Part shown: one piece after another, positions 39,985-54,144 of the stretch
Layout of the letters: every line of letters begins with the position of its first letter
Position numbering within the stretch: the first letter of the stretch is position 1
Assembly: GCA_951406725.2 (NCBI GenBank)
Contig: OX597815.1
Coordinates: forward strand, 43,462,001-43,526,000
Direction of reading: 5' to 3'
Origin: Octopus vulgaris
Lineage: Eukaryota
DNA length: 64,000 nt
Notes under the pieces: model-generated
Databases searched by the model: none
Seen by the model: only the letters and a program-made list of their open reading frames with translations
Told to the model about the DNA's origin: nothing
Translations under genes and position numbers: made by a program

Positions 39985-41925
39985 GGTTCAGCCAAGTGGA
40001 TGCGACCGTGCAGGAGCACCACCATGGCTTTCCCTCCTTAATCTGTGCTCTCTGCACGTTCCTTGCATGGCTCTTCTCCGCCAGTTGATGTAGTCCAATC
40101 GTGGGCACACCTGGTGTATAAGAGAATTTGACATCGCCGCCCTCAACTCTGTCTCATTTCGAGCCATCGGTTCGTCTGGTATCGTGGATAGAAAAGTATC
40201 GAGCTTTGTTTTGAAGACCTCTACATCCATGTCTTGCAGGTCTCTCAATTGTTTTGGCAGGCCATTAAAGAGCTTACGTCCTCTGAAACCGAGGCTGTTG
40301 CAATACCTTGTTCGTATGTGAGATACAGTGGATGGCACCCTTGGTACTATGCACTGGCGACCTGTGCGGGCATTCGTATAGTATTTGATGCCAAAGTTTG
40401 GTACCAGTGCTTCCAGTATTTTCTATATGTAAATTATTGTGAGGGCGCGTGGCTTAGTGGTTAGGGCATTCGGCTCATGATCGTAAGGTTGTGAGTTCGA
40501 TTCCCGGCGACGCGTTGTGTCCTTGAGCAAGACACTTTATTTCACGTTGCTCCAGTCCACTCAGCTGGCAAAAATGAGTTGTACTTGTATTTCAAAGGGT
40601 CAGCCTTGTCACTCAATGTGTCACGCTGATTATCCCCGAGAACTACGTTAAGGGTACACGTATCTGTGGAATGCTCAGCCATTTGCACGTTAATTTCACG
40701 AGCAAGCTGTTCCGTTGATCGTATCAGCTGAGACCCTCGTCGTCGTAACCGGCGGAGTCTTTAATATGTAAATTATTACATATCTCTCACGCCTGTACTC
40801 CAGTGAGTAGAAACTTATTGCCTTCAGTCGCTCCCTGTAGTTCATCTGCTAGACTGTGGCGATCTTTTTTGTATAGTGACGGGTGACCACAACTGAGAGC
40901 AATAGTCTAGGTGGCTCAGAACAAATGTCTTCCATAGAGTCAACGTGACTTTTTGATTCCTTGTTTTGAATGTCCTCAGTATCCACCTTGCCAGTTATCT
41001 GCATTTAGCTGCCAACTTGACAATGTGCATGTAAAATGATGCACCACTACACATGCTGATGCCCAGGTCTCTCACTGCTTGAGGTTCTGAGATTGCAGTA
41101 CCTCCAGGTCCTGTGTATCCCAGTTGGTGGGGGGGGGGGGCACTTGTGGCCTTGTTGCGCAGTACTTGAAATTTTTTAGCATTGAACCGCATATTATTTT
41201 GCTCTGCCCACTTGTATATTGCATTTAGGTCATTCTGCAGGATTATGATATATTCAGGATTCTTTATTGCATGAGATAGTTTTGTGTCATCAGCGTAGCT
41301 AGTCACAATGGCTGTCCGAGTGACCGTGGGCATGTCCAGAAGTGCTACTATGAAACAGTAGTGGCCCCAGGACAGTTCTTTGTGGAACACCGCTCAATAG
41401 TTGCGCTTCTCTAGATACTTTTCCATTGGAAGTCATGCAACCACTCTCCTAATTTACCAGCTATGCCAAGGTTTCGCAGTTTGTGACATATCATGCCATG
41501 ATCAACTTTGTCAAAGGCCTTTGCAAAGTCGAGATATATCACATCAACATTTGAATGATCAAGCAGTTGCTTCAGGACCCAGTCATAGTGCTGTAAGAGC
41601 TGCGTGAGGCAGCTTCTACCTGGACGGAAGCCATGCTGGGTATCATTCAGCATGTCATTTTCTTCTAGGAACGCAATTAGCCTCCTTCTGATAATTCGTT
41701 CCATGACTTTGCTAATATGTGAAGTCAGAGAGATGGGCCTGTAGTTCCCAGCCTCTGCTCTGTTTCCACCTTTATGGATAGGACATATGATGCCTTCCTT
41801 CAGCTTTTTGGGAAGTTTACCACTTGCAAGGAAACTCTGGAAGAGTATCCGGAGTGGTCCCGCTAATTCTTGTTTACATAACTTTAGAAGGACAGCCGGG
41901 AAACCATCGGGGCCAGTTGCATCAC
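39985..41925 (-). mobile_element. CR1-group LINE ORF2, 5'-truncated and disrupted
   Basis: Translates ATGPDGF, NYRPISLTS, QHGFRPGRSC, YLDFAKAFDKVDH, SYADDTK, VRDLGI, YSLEYRRERY and FKTKLDTFLSTIPDEP. Confidence 0.95.
40439..40763 (+). mobile_element. Full-length SINE family C nested in the LINE
   Basis: 14-bp TSD ATATGTAAATTATT at 40425-40438 and 40764-40777. A-box TGGCTTAGTGG, B-box GTTCGATTCC, V-domain-like GTGTCCTTGAGCAAGACACTT. Confidence 0.94.
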
Positions 41926-41929
41926 ACCA

Positions 41930-42355
41930 CAACACACCACCACGCACACATCAGCACTGACCACTTCCAAGACCCACATTTTCACACCTACACATACAGA
42001 CACGCACACGTCAAGATCACCAGCCCTCTTCCACACGCACATACAAAGTCTCTTATACACACGCACTCGCATCTTCGTTTTGGGATCACCACTACTTTAT
42101 TACATTACTTTATTATCTCCCCTTCTCCCTAGCTCACCTGTGTGACCTTTCTGTCCGGCATTCGCCATGATAGGTCGCTAGCCACTATACATTCTTTATT
42201 TTCTCTCCTTGTTTTTTCTGTGTTCCTTTCTGCGGAAGAGCGTAGGCTCGAAACGTTAAAGACTTTTTCACTTCCCGAGCGTTAAACTAATACATCTGTT
42301 TGTTGTCTACACCACCTGTCTCCGTCGTTTGTTTTCTTTTTGTGAATTCTCCCTA
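41930..42355 (+). mobile_element. PLE-like terminal-repeat remnant with a hammerhead-like motif
   Basis: Pyrimidine/CA-rich leader followed by CTTT-CTGCGGA-A-GAGCGTAGGCTC-GAAACGTT-AAAG at 42226-42261. Confidence 0.55.
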
Positions 42356-42563
42356 TATATATATGCGCGCGCGTGTGTGTGTGTATGTGTGTGTGCGTGC
42401 GCGTGTATGTATATCTATATCTTAATCAGTCAATCAATTCATCCTTTATCTATTTATCTATCCATCTTTCTATCAATCTATCTATCTACCTTTCTTTCTT
42501 TCTTTCTTTCTTTCTTTCTGTCTGTATGTCTCTCTATCTGTGTCTCTCTCCCTCTCTCCCTCT

Positions 42564-42642
<79 letters not shown>

Positions 42643-43012
42643 TACATGCGTACATACATATATGAGAAGTCTTTTAGGCGCGTGGATATGTGAATGCATG
42701 TGAAAGGAGGTGTACGCTTTTGAACTGGACAAGTTCGTTCATGTTTCCTATCTGTTGTATAATGACGCCACTTATTTTTGCTTTTTCTAAGAATGCTGCT
42801 TTACTTCCTCCCTCCCACAGATTTACTGCGCAGTTTTTAGTAAGATATTCCCAAACAGAATAAAAGCTTATAAAATGAAACTAAATTTCACAACTACGCA
42901 ATAAATTGTTACGATTTATGAGACGATTGCATATTTATATATTTATACTTATATAGACACTTGCACTCACAAATTTACTGCGCAGTATTCACAAGCATTT
43001 TTACAAATGTGA

Positions 43013-43060
<48 letters not shown>

Positions 43061-43369
43061 CTTTTAATTGTTTCAGTTACTGAACTGTGGTCATGCTGAA
43101 GCACCACTTTGAAGGGTTTTTTCGAACGAATCGTCCCAGTACTTAATTTTTCAAGCCTGGACATTATTTCCCCCAAGTCTCTTTTGCCGAACCGTTTATT
43201 TCGCAGATGTAAACAACCCAACACCGGCTATCAAACATAAAGCCTAAGACATACATTCAAAAGTACATGCATACGTATACCTACACACCCTCACACACAC
43301 GCACACAGAGGCAAACACACGCTCACACACGTACACATACGCAGACACACACACATACTGCTGAGCTGC

Positions 43370-43716
43370 CGCTGCTGAGACCCCCTTCGGTCATGACTGA
43401 TCATGGGATTGTACCTAGGAAGTTACCCTCCCAGGCACAAGTCCGGGCAAGGTTGTTTATGGAAGACCAGCAGTCGCCCATGATCCCTCCAGTTCTCTAT
43501 TCAACTGGTTTGAGACCCATCCCAAGGGAAAGGCAAAGGCCGATACAGCTTGGCACCTGTGACATCGCAAGGTCATTTCTACAGCTGAGTGAACTGGAGC
43601 AACATGAAATAAAGTGTCTTGCTCAAGAACACAACACGCAGCCCGATCCGGGATTCGAACTCACAACCTCACGATCGTAAGCTCGACGCTCTAACCACTG
43701 AGCCATGCGCCTTCAC
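43370..43716 (-). mobile_element. SINE (family C head and middle, tail T2)
   Basis: Head GAAGGCGCATGGCTCAGTGGTTAGAGC...GTTCGAATCCCG. The middle is shared with 40439-40763 but the 3' part is unrelated. Confidence 0.85.
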
Positions 43717-43865
43717 ACACACACACACACATACATACATATGCATATACTATACATACACACACCTAAATACATACATAAAGACACACATAGTCAGTGA
43801 ATTTTAAGAAATAGAGGCTGTTAAAAAGTAACACATGAAGAGTAAAAGAGCACATTACTATGTAT

Positions 43866-44093
43866 ACTACTCTTTACTCTTTTACCTGTTTCAGTCATTT
43901 GGCTATGGCCATGCTAGATCACCGCCTTTACTCGGGCAAATCGACCCCAGGACTTATTCTTTATAAGACAAGTACATATTCTATCGTTCTCTTTTGCCGA
44001 ACCGCTAAGTTACGGGGACGTAAATACACCAGCATCGGTTAGCAAGCGATGTTGGGGGGATAAACACAGACACACAAACATATACACACACAT

Positions 44094-44124
<31 letters not shown>

Positions 44125-44341
44125 ACACACACACACGCACACACACATATATATATATATATATATACATATATATACGACGGGCTTCTTTCAGTTTCCG
44201 TCTACCAAATCCACTCACAAGGTTTTGGTCGGTCCGAGGCTATAGTAGAAGACATTTGCCCAAGATGCCACGCACTGGGACTGAATCCGGAACCATGTGG
44301 CTGGTAAGCAAGCTACTTACCACACAGTCAATCCTACGCCT
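43866..44341 (-). mobile_element. SINE family A, full length
   Basis: Complete head and tail; absent from the paralogous site near 37765. Confidence 0.88.
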
Positions 44342-44630
44342 AGTGATAGTTGCACGCTTTTCTTAAAAAGCGTCTATGTTAGTCCTTCTTTTGAACCAAA
44401 TGACCATCAAGGGTAAATATAATGAAGCACCCGCGCGCGCGCACACCGATAAGGGTTTGTTAGAACACCAGATAAATTGGATTGTAGAGTTTGTTCCGAA
44501 TTTGTATGCTCTGAGTTAAAATCCAACCAAGTTCAAATCTCTGCCTAGCCAACCTGCCAGAATCAATAAAGTAAAAGTTAAGTGTTGGGATCGATTCGTC
44601 TTTCTTTCTTTCTTTCTTTCTTTCTTTTTT

Positions 44631-44675
<45 letters not shown>

Positions 44676-45255
44676 ATTCATTTATTTTTCTGCCTGCCTG
44701 TCTGTCTGTCTCTCTCTGTCTCTCTGTCTCTCTCTGTCTCTCTCTCTCTCTCTATCTATCTGTCTGTCTATCTATCTGTCTATCTATCTATCTTTCTATC
44801 TATCTGTCTTCATCTCTGTCTCTCTGCCTCTGTCTATCAGTCTCTGTCTTTGCCTGTCTGACTGCCGGTGTCTGTCTGTTTGTCTATCTGTCTGTCTCAC
44901 TCTCTTTGTCTGTCTATCTGTCTGCGTGTTTTTCTGTTTCTGTCTTTCTCTACAAGGTATGCAGCCCCGAATAGGGCTTTGATGCATTTCCAGAGCATAT
45001 AGAACATAGGAGGAAATACTAATAAGGTATGTATACTAAAATCGTGAAGCATATTACGTAATAACAGGCTAATAAGATATGAGATAATAACAATTCAAAG
45101 TAAATAACTCTGAAAAGGGCTTTTGAACGCTAGTGTAGGTATATTCGTGAATAAGTCACTAACCGAAATAAACGGATCTATTGTTTAAGAAAATACTATT
45201 TACTTCGGTTCTATATTTAAAAAATGAGGAATTATGTACATCATTTACATTATTC

Positions 45256-45423
45256 ACATTTGACGGATATTTTTCCTCATTGTGTTTGTTGTTAACACAA
45301 CGTTTGGCCTGATATACCCTCCAGCCTTCATCCGGTGTCTTGGGGAAATTTCAAACCTGGGTATATCAGCCGAAACCTTGTGTTAACAACAAACAAGATG
45401 AGGACAAATATCCGTCAAATGTA
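45256..45423. repeat. Fold-back of a PLE-like terminal repeat with a decayed hammerhead
   Basis: ACATTTGACGGATATT...GATATACC (45256-45318) is inverted at 45360-45423. Confidence 0.75.
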
Positions 45424-45809
45424 AAAAAATTATAACTAATGTACTATTTACATGTTTAACTATTTACTTGTTAAACTATTTACTTGCTTAAGAGTTGTAC
45501 TGGATAAATTGCGAAATAACTCTAACAGTTCAAATGCTAAGAAATAAGCATACTCAATTTCATTTTTACCAAATAATTTAGGAAAATGAATGGGTTATTT
45601 CCCTTGGTTTTTAAAATAAAATATATTAGATATATATAAGGATCCCTTCCAGGGTCACTATTATCGATTTTTTCAACAATCTGAGTATGCCATGAGGTTT
45701 CCAAACATGAGTTCTAGTCGCGTGTCAAGTTCCATCAAAATCGATAAAACGACGTAGGAGTTAGCTAACAACTCCACAAACACAGCCACAGACGAATTTC
45801 CCACATATA

Positions 45810-46065
45810 GTTAAGTTAAGTTAAGTTAGTTAAGTTATTTTTTTGCTCAAAAAGCGAAAAGCAAGGCCATGTAGGGGGACATGGAGTTATGTACAGGGAG
45901 GGTGTTCATGCAAAGAGTTCAGGCCATTTCTGGTCAAGAGAGACTTTGAACCGAGCGGTCGTCGGCATCTTCACTATCTTGTCCGGCAGCTTATTCCACG
46001 GATCCGCAACCCGGACGGAGAAAGCCCCTTTCCTTCGATTGAGATGAAATCGTCGCAGATAGAGC
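45810..46065 (-). mobile_element. CR1-type LINE 3' end
   Basis: Translates RRFHLNRRKGAFSVRVADPWNKLPDKIV...FKVSLDQKW and ends in a (TAACT)n tail. Confidence 0.85.
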
Positions 46066-46098
46066 GTAGTAGATATATGTATGCATTCATGCAAGCAA

Positions 46099-46133
<35 letters not shown>

Positions 46134-46519
46134 TGTATGAATGAATGAAAGTATGTATTTCATAAAATAGCGTGAACTTGTAGACGTGAAATTAGTTTAT
46201 ATATTACAAAACCTTACTGCACAGGAAATGTTTAAAATGTGCTCATAATATTCTTAATCTTTCAATGTACGAAAAAAAAGTGGGCGAAATTTCTTGACGT
46301 ACGAGATATAGCTTTGCTGAGGTGCGGTCAACAAACTGTGAAACGTTCGATGAAAAAACTGTCACCTCTTATTTCATTTTATATTTACCCATTAAAGCCA
46401 GAGTAAAAACTGTGTTTACTTTCTGTATATTTCTGTCACAACTTGGATTTATAACACTCAAACTGATTTCAGTGTATAGATTCACGACGTATTGTGCATG
46501 AAATATTTCCCTTGATATG

Positions 46520-48045
<1,526 letters not shown>

Positions 48046-48058
48046 CGAATATATACAC

Positions 48059-48146
<88 letters not shown>

Positions 48147-48518
48147 CCACTGCTTGACTATCAGTGTTGATCTGCTTATGTCTCCTTATGGCAGCGGTTC
48201 GGCAAAAAAACTGATAGAATAAGTACTGGGCTTAGTAAAAGAATTAAGTACTGTGGTCGATTCATTCGGTTAAAAATTCTTCATGGCCGTACTCCAGCAT
48301 GGCCGCACTCTAATGGCTGGAATGATTTTGATTACATATCTATTCATTAAGAGCTTATCTGGAATTAAACATTAACAACAGCAATAAAATTTAGACTATT
48401 TGTTTGTATATCCAACTGGAAGCCATGGATTGCTACGGCTGGAGGTATTATGCATTTTAGTACAACCACCACCACCATCATCACCGCCGCCACCACCACA
48501 GCCTCTACCACCAACAAC

Positions 48519-48575
<57 letters not shown>

Positions 48576-48671
48576 TCAAATCCTGCCTGGCTCAACTTCT
48601 ACCCGCCCGAGAGGCCGTACTCTAGTCAAGTACTTGGAATCGCTTTCCTCTCTCTCCCCCTCTCTCTCTCC

Positions 48672-48714
<43 letters not shown>

Positions 48715-48929
48715 CTTTCTTTCTTTCTTTCTTTCTTTCGCTCTCTCCCTCTCTCTCTCCCTCTCTCTCTCTTTCTCTCGTCTTATCTATTTATCTATCT
48801 ATAGTATGACTCAGCTGTGTTAGGGAAATATGACTTGAACAAATCATAACCACTAATGTCAAATCGCTCAGGGAACCACCTATAGGAGGTCGGCTCAAGC
48901 TAAACGTCTTAAGCCGAAATATCTCCCAC

Positions 48930-48950
48930 TAACTACTACTACTATTGTTG

Positions 48951-49007
<57 letters not shown>

Positions 49008-49395
49008 ATAATAATAATAATAATAATAATGATAATAATAATGATAATAATAATAATAATAATAATACTACCAATAATAATTGTAAAGCCACCAGCTCCA
49101 CCAACACCACCACCACCACCACACGCCATCACCACCATAGCAGCACCAACACTACCAACACCCGCTAATATTGCCACCACAACTAATACCATCGCCACCA
49201 CCACCACCACCACAACCACTACCACCACCACCACTACCACCACCACCACTACCACCACCACCACTACCACCACCACCACTACCACCACCACCACCACTAC
49301 CACCACCACCACCACCACCACCACCACCATAACCACCACCCCACCACCACCACTTCAACCGCCTGCGCCGCCGCCATCACCACCACTACTACTAC
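48930..49395. repeat. Compound (CTA)n/(TAA)n/(CAC)n repeat
   Basis: Directly visible; it gives the poly-T/V/G pseudo-ORFs. Confidence 0.93.
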
Positions 49396-49783
49396 ACGGC
49401 GATTCCTAGAAACGACTGAATCTTGTTTTTGTCGGATCTCGACGCTGACACTCAGAGCAAGAACATGTCCAGACCTGTGAATGCTGTGGGGAGAGGAGGG
49501 GAGAATTATTTTACACCCTGTTATATTATATAATCATGCGTCACAGGCCAACGAAAGAAAGAATGCGAGTCGGCTATTAACCACTTGTTAGAAAGGAGAG
49601 GAAAAAAGAAATAAACACAAAACTACGTGTTAAATAATAACGATGACTCATATTGTTTATTTTTGTGTGATTGTGTGTATGGGAATTTATGCGTGGGGTT
49701 TATGTATGGGTGTGTTTGTGAAAGAGATACAATTAGAGAGTGAGACGGAGAAAGAGAGGGAGAGAGACAAAAAGAGAAAGGCA

Positions 49784-49849
<66 letters not shown>

Positions 49850-49973
49850 TAGAAAGAAAGAAAGCCAAAGAAACAGAAAAAAGTGAAAACGGTAATGTGA
49901 TAGGTGTTGCCTCGAACGTAGCAGGGATTGTATATATATATACACACAACCATAGACATATGTGTGTGTATAT

Positions 49974-50268
49974 ATATAAAATACAGTGTACATTAAAACA
50001 CATTAAGAGGCTTCCATCATAGGAATCCTTTACGCTAGAAAGAACAGTTAAAGTTCAAACCACTAATTAGAGATAAATTCTCGATAAATTTTACTAAAAT
50101 AAGTCAGAAACCATGGTCCAGGAATTTGATGGTAAATGCTTTTATTTTTCATTCCCTTCGAGACTTTATCCCTGATTAGTGGTTTGGACTTTAACTGTTC
50201 TTTCTAGCGTAAAGGATGCCTATGATGGAAGCCTCTTAATGTGTTTTAATGTACACTGTATTTTATAT
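49974..50268. repeat. Fold-back element, ~110-bp arms
   Basis: 49974-50084 versus 50158-50268, about 5 mismatches. Confidence 0.92.
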
Positions 50269-50315
50269 GAATAATTTATAGTCTATTACTCATTTTTCTC
50301 TACGCGTAGTAAAAA

Positions 50316-50364
<49 letters not shown>

Positions 50365-50685
50365 CTGAAGGATTAAAATTAATTAAAGGACATAGTTAAT
50401 ATGTCTACCTGCTGGAAATAACAGTCAAAAGTCTTATTTAAATCCCTAAAATACACTGATGATAACCACAGAAATCAACTGTCCATTTTGCCAGTGTAGA
50501 AATCGGTCCAAGTGAGTCCAAATACTTAATGTACGTTAGGAGATTGTCTTAGCCCGTTTGTCTTCGGACGGTTGATTTCTGTAATTATCATCAGTGTATT
50601 TTGGCGATTTACATAAGAGTTTTGAGTGTTATTTCCAGCAGTTAGACATACTAACTATGTCTTTTGACTCATTTTAATCTTTCAG
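50365..50685. repeat. Fold-back element, 120-bp arms
   Basis: 50365-50484 versus 50566-50685, about 15 mismatches and no indels. Confidence 0.9.
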
Positions 50686-50814
50686 CTGCATAATGCTTTT
50701 TCTGCGCCTGCAATCGCTTATATTATTAATTCTGTTATTATCATTCCTAAATTGTTACAGTAGATAATAACAGAGTTAATGATATCTTCGCAAATTATTT
50801 GCTCCGTATTGATT

Positions 50815-50956
<142 letters not shown>

Positions 50957-51079
50957 AGGATAAGAAAGTATAATCATTCTTTCCAAAAGATTCAACATGC
51001 TTCTTGCCAAGGCGGCAAATTATTTAAGGAAGTTCATTTTCTAGCTTCCTCTTGCTCTCTTTATATATATACGCACACA

Positions 51080-51112
51080 CTAGCTTAAAAGTCGCCCAAT
51101 AGGGCGGCTTTT
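51080..51112 (-). mobile_element. Helitron-like 3' terminus
   Basis: Minus-strand hairpin AAAAGCCGCCC-TATT-GGGCGACTTTT followed by AAG-CTAG|T. The 5' end was not identified. Confidence 0.5.
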
Positions 51113-51749
51113 GGGTTAGTTCTTGCCGAGGGCTCTTCCTTAAGCTTTGGACCCAACAAAGACAGTTCATGCATTGACTACACGTCAAATTTTATTAAAC
51201 TTGAACAATATTTTCCAACCAATGAACAATTTTCATCAAAACAATGATATAATTTGTCGACTTAGAACTTATTGCAAACCTGCATGATAAACAACAGTAC
51301 GACCACCATCTCCACCACACCTACCATATACACTATTCAGACTTCTGACGCCAAGCCATCAATACATTTGACTTCGCTACCTTCCCCTCTATTTGTCATC
51401 TTTGTCTTTCACATCGCTTACTCTCACAGTCATCCCTGACCGCCTATGCTCCCACAACCAACACCACCATCATCACCGCTGCTTCCGTCTCTATCACAAC
51501 TACAGCTCATACTATTACAATAACCTCATTACCATCAGTGTTCAGTATGTTAGTTCAGCATGCTGGTCCAGTGTTCAGTCCCTCTTTCTCTCACATACCC
51601 AATCTTTCTCTCTCTTATTATTACACCCACTCCCACTATCAACACTACTACTTTTAATAAACCCTAACACTAACCCTAAACCTAACCATAATTCTAAATC
51701 TAAACACCGGGTGTGCGTATTCTTTACCTTCGCCTGTGTATATACATAT

Positions 51750-52157
51750 ATACTCTTTTACTCTTTTACTTGTTTCAGTCATTTGACTGCGGCCATGCTG
51801 GAGCACCGCCTTTAATCGAGCAACTCGACCCCGGGACTTATTCTTTTGTAAGCCCAGAACTTATTCTATCGGTCTCTTTTGCCGAACCGCTAAGTAACGG
51901 TGACACAAACACACCATCATCGGTTGTCAAGCAATGCTAGGGGGACAAACAGACACATAAATACACGCACACACACACACATATATATACATATATACGA
52001 CGGGCTTCTTTCAGTTTCCGTCTACCAAATCTACTCACAAGGCTTTGGTTGGCCCGAGGCTATAGTAGAAGACACTTGCCCAAGATGCCACGCAGTGGGA
52101 CTGAACTCGGAACCATGTGGTTGGTTAGCAAGCTACTTACCACACAGCCACTCCTGC
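51750..52157 (-). mobile_element. SINE family A, full length
   Basis: Close match to 20820-21231. Confidence 0.9.
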
Positions 52158-52646
52158 TATATTATTATATATATGTATCTTTTATTATATTCCTTTCAGT
52201 CATTAAACAACGGCCATGCTGGGGCACCGCCTTGAAGAATTTTAGTCGAATGAATTGATCTCAGTATTTATTTGTTTTCTTTGAAGCCTGGTTCTTGTAA
52301 TATAGGTCTATGTTGTCAGAGACGTAAACACACCAACACCAGTTATCAATTAGTGTGTGTGGGGGGAAACAGACACAGACACAAAGACACACACACACAC
52401 ACACACATGCACACTGAATTCACTCTCAAGGCTTTCCACCTTTCCAAAACAACCTAATTACCACCCCCGCTCAAGCTCACACACCCAAAAACGATTTTAA
52501 CAAAGACCTATATAAAGACAAGACTAATGAATTGCAGACCGACGATCCATACACAAACACACACAGGCAAACATGCACACATTCACGCACACACACATGC
52601 ACACACACATTCACGCACACACACACATATATACATACATACATAC

Positions 52647-52677
<31 letters not shown>

Positions 52678-52691
52678 CATACATACATACA

Positions 52692-52725
<34 letters not shown>

Positions 52726-53063
52726 CATACATACATATTGATGTATACATTCATACATACACACACATACATACATGTATGTATGTAAATTTATATCGCG
52801 GACTCGTCAGTATATCTACCGAAAGGTATTTATATTTCTTTAGATTTTAATTATATGTGGTAAAATAACAATTTTCACGCCTAAAAATTAATAAATTAAT
52901 AAATAAAGATGCAATACAGTACTGCACTGTATAACACATTAATTAAAATATATTAAAAGAAAATACGTAGTGTGCCGCAGATGAGTAAACAAATAATCAC
53001 ACATACTGTATGAAATATGATTATGCAGCTTCAACCTCACGGTTTGCTGGGTGTAGCGATATT

Positions 53064-53592
53064 CATCATCATCATTGTTCGACCGTGGTCGAGACAATGG
53101 AATTTACCATGCTACGCCAGACTTCACGGTCCATCATGGCATTACGGAGGTCCTGTTGCTGGATGCCTGTATCCCTGGAGATTACATCAGGGTAGGAGAG
53201 TGTGCGCCCTCTGGCATTGCGAGTAGATGGCTTCCAGAGGAGAAGAGTAGAAATTACTTCTTTTTCAGCTCTACAACAATGTCCAGCAAACTGGACTCTC
53301 CTACCTTTCACAAGAGATGACACAGGTGGTAGTTTCCCATATGTTTGCATTTTGGTTGGATGGCGCTTCCACGAGAGATTTTGAGCTCTCATAAGGAGGC
53401 GAGTGTAGGTTCCATCCAACCGCCTCTCAAGCTTCTTTGATAACGTCCAGGTTTCTGAGCCATATAGTAGAATTGGTTCGACTGTGGCTTTGAATATTTC
53501 AAGTTTGAAGTCTCTACTTAGATTTGATGACCAGATCTTATGCATGTCATTACAGGTTGACCAGGCCATACCCTTTCTAGTTAGAAAGTCTT
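53064..53592 (-). mobile_element. RTE/RTEX-like LINE, 5'-truncated, with TSD
   Basis: Open frame KDFLTRKGMAW...FKATVEPILLYGSETWTL...QFAGHCCR...AMMDREVWR, (TGA)n tail, and TSD TAGCGATATT at 53054-53063 and 53593-53602. Confidence 0.92.
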
Positions 53593-53779
53593 TAGCGATA
53601 TTACTGGCATAGATCCTACCTTTATTTTAACCAATTGGCCTGCAGTTTACATGTAATGGTTTTATGAGTGAGCAAACTTAGTTGCTTTCGATCGTCTTTA
53701 TTTCAGTTGGTGGCAGTCTTCTGTAATTTGTTTATATTGATATATTAAAGATATTTTTTTAATCAACATCTATATAGGA

Positions 53780-53985
53780 GCTCTCCGTCGGTTGCGACGA
53801 TGAGGGTACCAGCTGATACGATCAACGGAACAGCTTGCTCGTGATATTAACGTGCAAGTAGCTGAGCACTCCACAGACACGTGTACCCTTAACGTAGTTC
53901 TCGAGGAGATTCAGCGTGACACACAGAATGTGACAAGGCTGGCCCCTTTGAAATACAGGTACAAGAGAAACAGTAAGAGAAAGCG
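53780..53985 (-). mobile_element. SINE tail T1 fragment
   Basis: Matches 15890-16095. Confidence 0.8.
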
Positions 53986-54098
53986 GTAATTGAACTTTAT
54001 GAACATTAAAAAAATGTCTTATGTTTAGCATACATACTTCGACATTATAAAAATTATTTTTTTAAAATACATTAATAAAAAACGTGACTTTATTCAAA

Positions 54099-54139
<41 letters not shown>

Positions 54140-54144
<5 letters not shown>

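Noticed and set aside
40441-40510. tRNA gene
   Set aside because: The A/B boxes belong to a SINE head that continues into a SINE body with a TSD; there is no complete acceptor stem. The same applies to the other heads.
48929-49409. Mucin-like poly-Thr/Pro and poly-Gly ORFs
   Set aside because: (CAC)n/(CTA)n repeats that are open in several frames, with no splice context.
50456-50476. CTGATGA...GAAA hammerhead-like motif in a fold-back arm
   Set aside because: No pairable stem II and no NUH/stem I arrangement.
51655-51705. Interstitial telomere (CCCTAA-like)
   Set aside because: Only a few degenerate units; too short to support.
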